64,000 bases of DNA from Promethearchaeota archaeon. GTDB taxonomy: Archaea; Asgardarchaeota; Lokiarchaeia; Sigyniarchaeales; SOKP01. Positions 63,424 through 64,000 of this stretch are shown here, piece after piece (within the stretch, counting starts at the first letter, position 1; each line of letters begins with the position of its first letter). The position numbers and the translations under genes were made by a program. The stretch spans positions 103,210-167,209 of the forward strand of contig JAHPZE010000007.1 in assembly GCA_019058365.1 (NCBI GenBank), given 5' to 3'. A model generated the notes under the pieces. It saw only the letters and a list, made by a program, of their open reading frames with translations, was not told where the DNA came from and made no database searches.

Positions 63424-63513
63424 AATTAATTAATCACTTTAATTGGGTTTCTAACATCTCTATTAAATAATCATTAATTCATTCTAAAATTAATTTATTT
63501 GCAAACTTTTGAA

Positions 63514-63762
63514 TTACCGTATATGTCTAACTAAAAATTCCTCAATTTTTTTTAATAGAACATTTCTACATTCAGGATGCAACCATTCTTCTCCTTTGAA
63601 TAATCTCTCTTCTTCTGCTTTTATGTGAAGCCATAAATGCATAAGAACAACATAAGTGGTCGTTCGAAGTTCGCTAAAATTCTGCGTCTTACAAATCTTA
63701 TCGAGAATTTGTTGAATGAGCTCCCTTCTGGCTCGTTTTACTGCCTCGCTCTTTTCATACAT
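63514..63762 (-). CDS. 82-aa hypothetical protein (intact member of the three-copy family)
   Basis: Intact ORF; two decayed paralogues in the window show it is a real gene. Confidence 0.85.
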   Translation of the reverse strand: MYEKSEAVKRARRELIQQILDKICKTQNFSELRTTTYVVLMHLWLHIKAEEERLFKGEEWLHPECRNVLLKKIEEFLVRHIR

Positions 63763-64000
63763 TCCACCTATAGAATATTATTAACCAATATAAAGCATAA
63801 GGGAGTTGTAGATTATGAATATTATACATCAGAAAATGTTGGTAATCATATTTAATTTTAGACATTTTGGTAACATTTTTATAGAATGGTATAAACAGTT
63901 AAAATGGTGGATCAAAATGCCTGAAGATGAAGATATTGAAAAACTCAACAGTTCCAAAGGATTTTGAAGAATGAATCCTAATAAACTATGATTTATTCTA

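Noticed and set aside
2361-63855. Short antisense or nested ORFs in the track (e.g. 2361, 17062, 20879, 31454, 32590, 45671, 57065, 63637)
   Set aside because: They overlap well-supported genes on the other strand or frame and have no motifs
1-64000. CRISPR array, rRNA/tRNA genes, integrase, capsid or terminase genes
   Set aside because: No regularly spaced repeats, RNA gene signatures or hallmark motifs seen; the island's mobility genes may lie outside the window

Overview
Very AT-rich archaeal DNA, most consistent with an Asgard (Lokiarchaeia-like) chromosome. This is inferred from the split purL/purQ/purS, a TFB-derived domain, zinc-ribbon membrane proteins and low GC. Positions 1-29.6 kb are mostly housekeeping: an orphan adenine DNA methyltransferase, an unannotated RHH regulator, PadR-ABC and PadR-Hsp20 units, several hydrolases, purC/S/Q/L, and one complete IS (20250-21866, 35-bp TIRs, 8-bp TSD). 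From about 30.2 kb to the window end is an accessory island with no integrase in view. It opens with 12 tiny co-directional orphan ORFs and continues into a defence hotspot. The centrepiece (45.3-56.6 kb) is a five-gene BREX-related operon with no methyltransferase: a HerA ATPase, a wHTH protein, a small P-loop ATPase, a 1409-aa BrxC-like ATPase, and a 1475-aa protein fusing a PglZ phosphatase, two wHTH domains, both cyclin repeats of archaeal TFB/TFIIB and a C-terminal HEPN motif. Around it lie a TPR-HEPN gene frameshifted in its catalytic His codon, a decayed Mrr-like nuclease N-terminus, other HEPN and PD-(D/E)xK genes, and three copies (two decayed, one intact) of one 82-aa gene that punctuate the cargo. 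Two structured-RNA candidates (about 10.84 and 37.0 kb) were also seen. All family calls come from motifs read by eye; no database searches were run.
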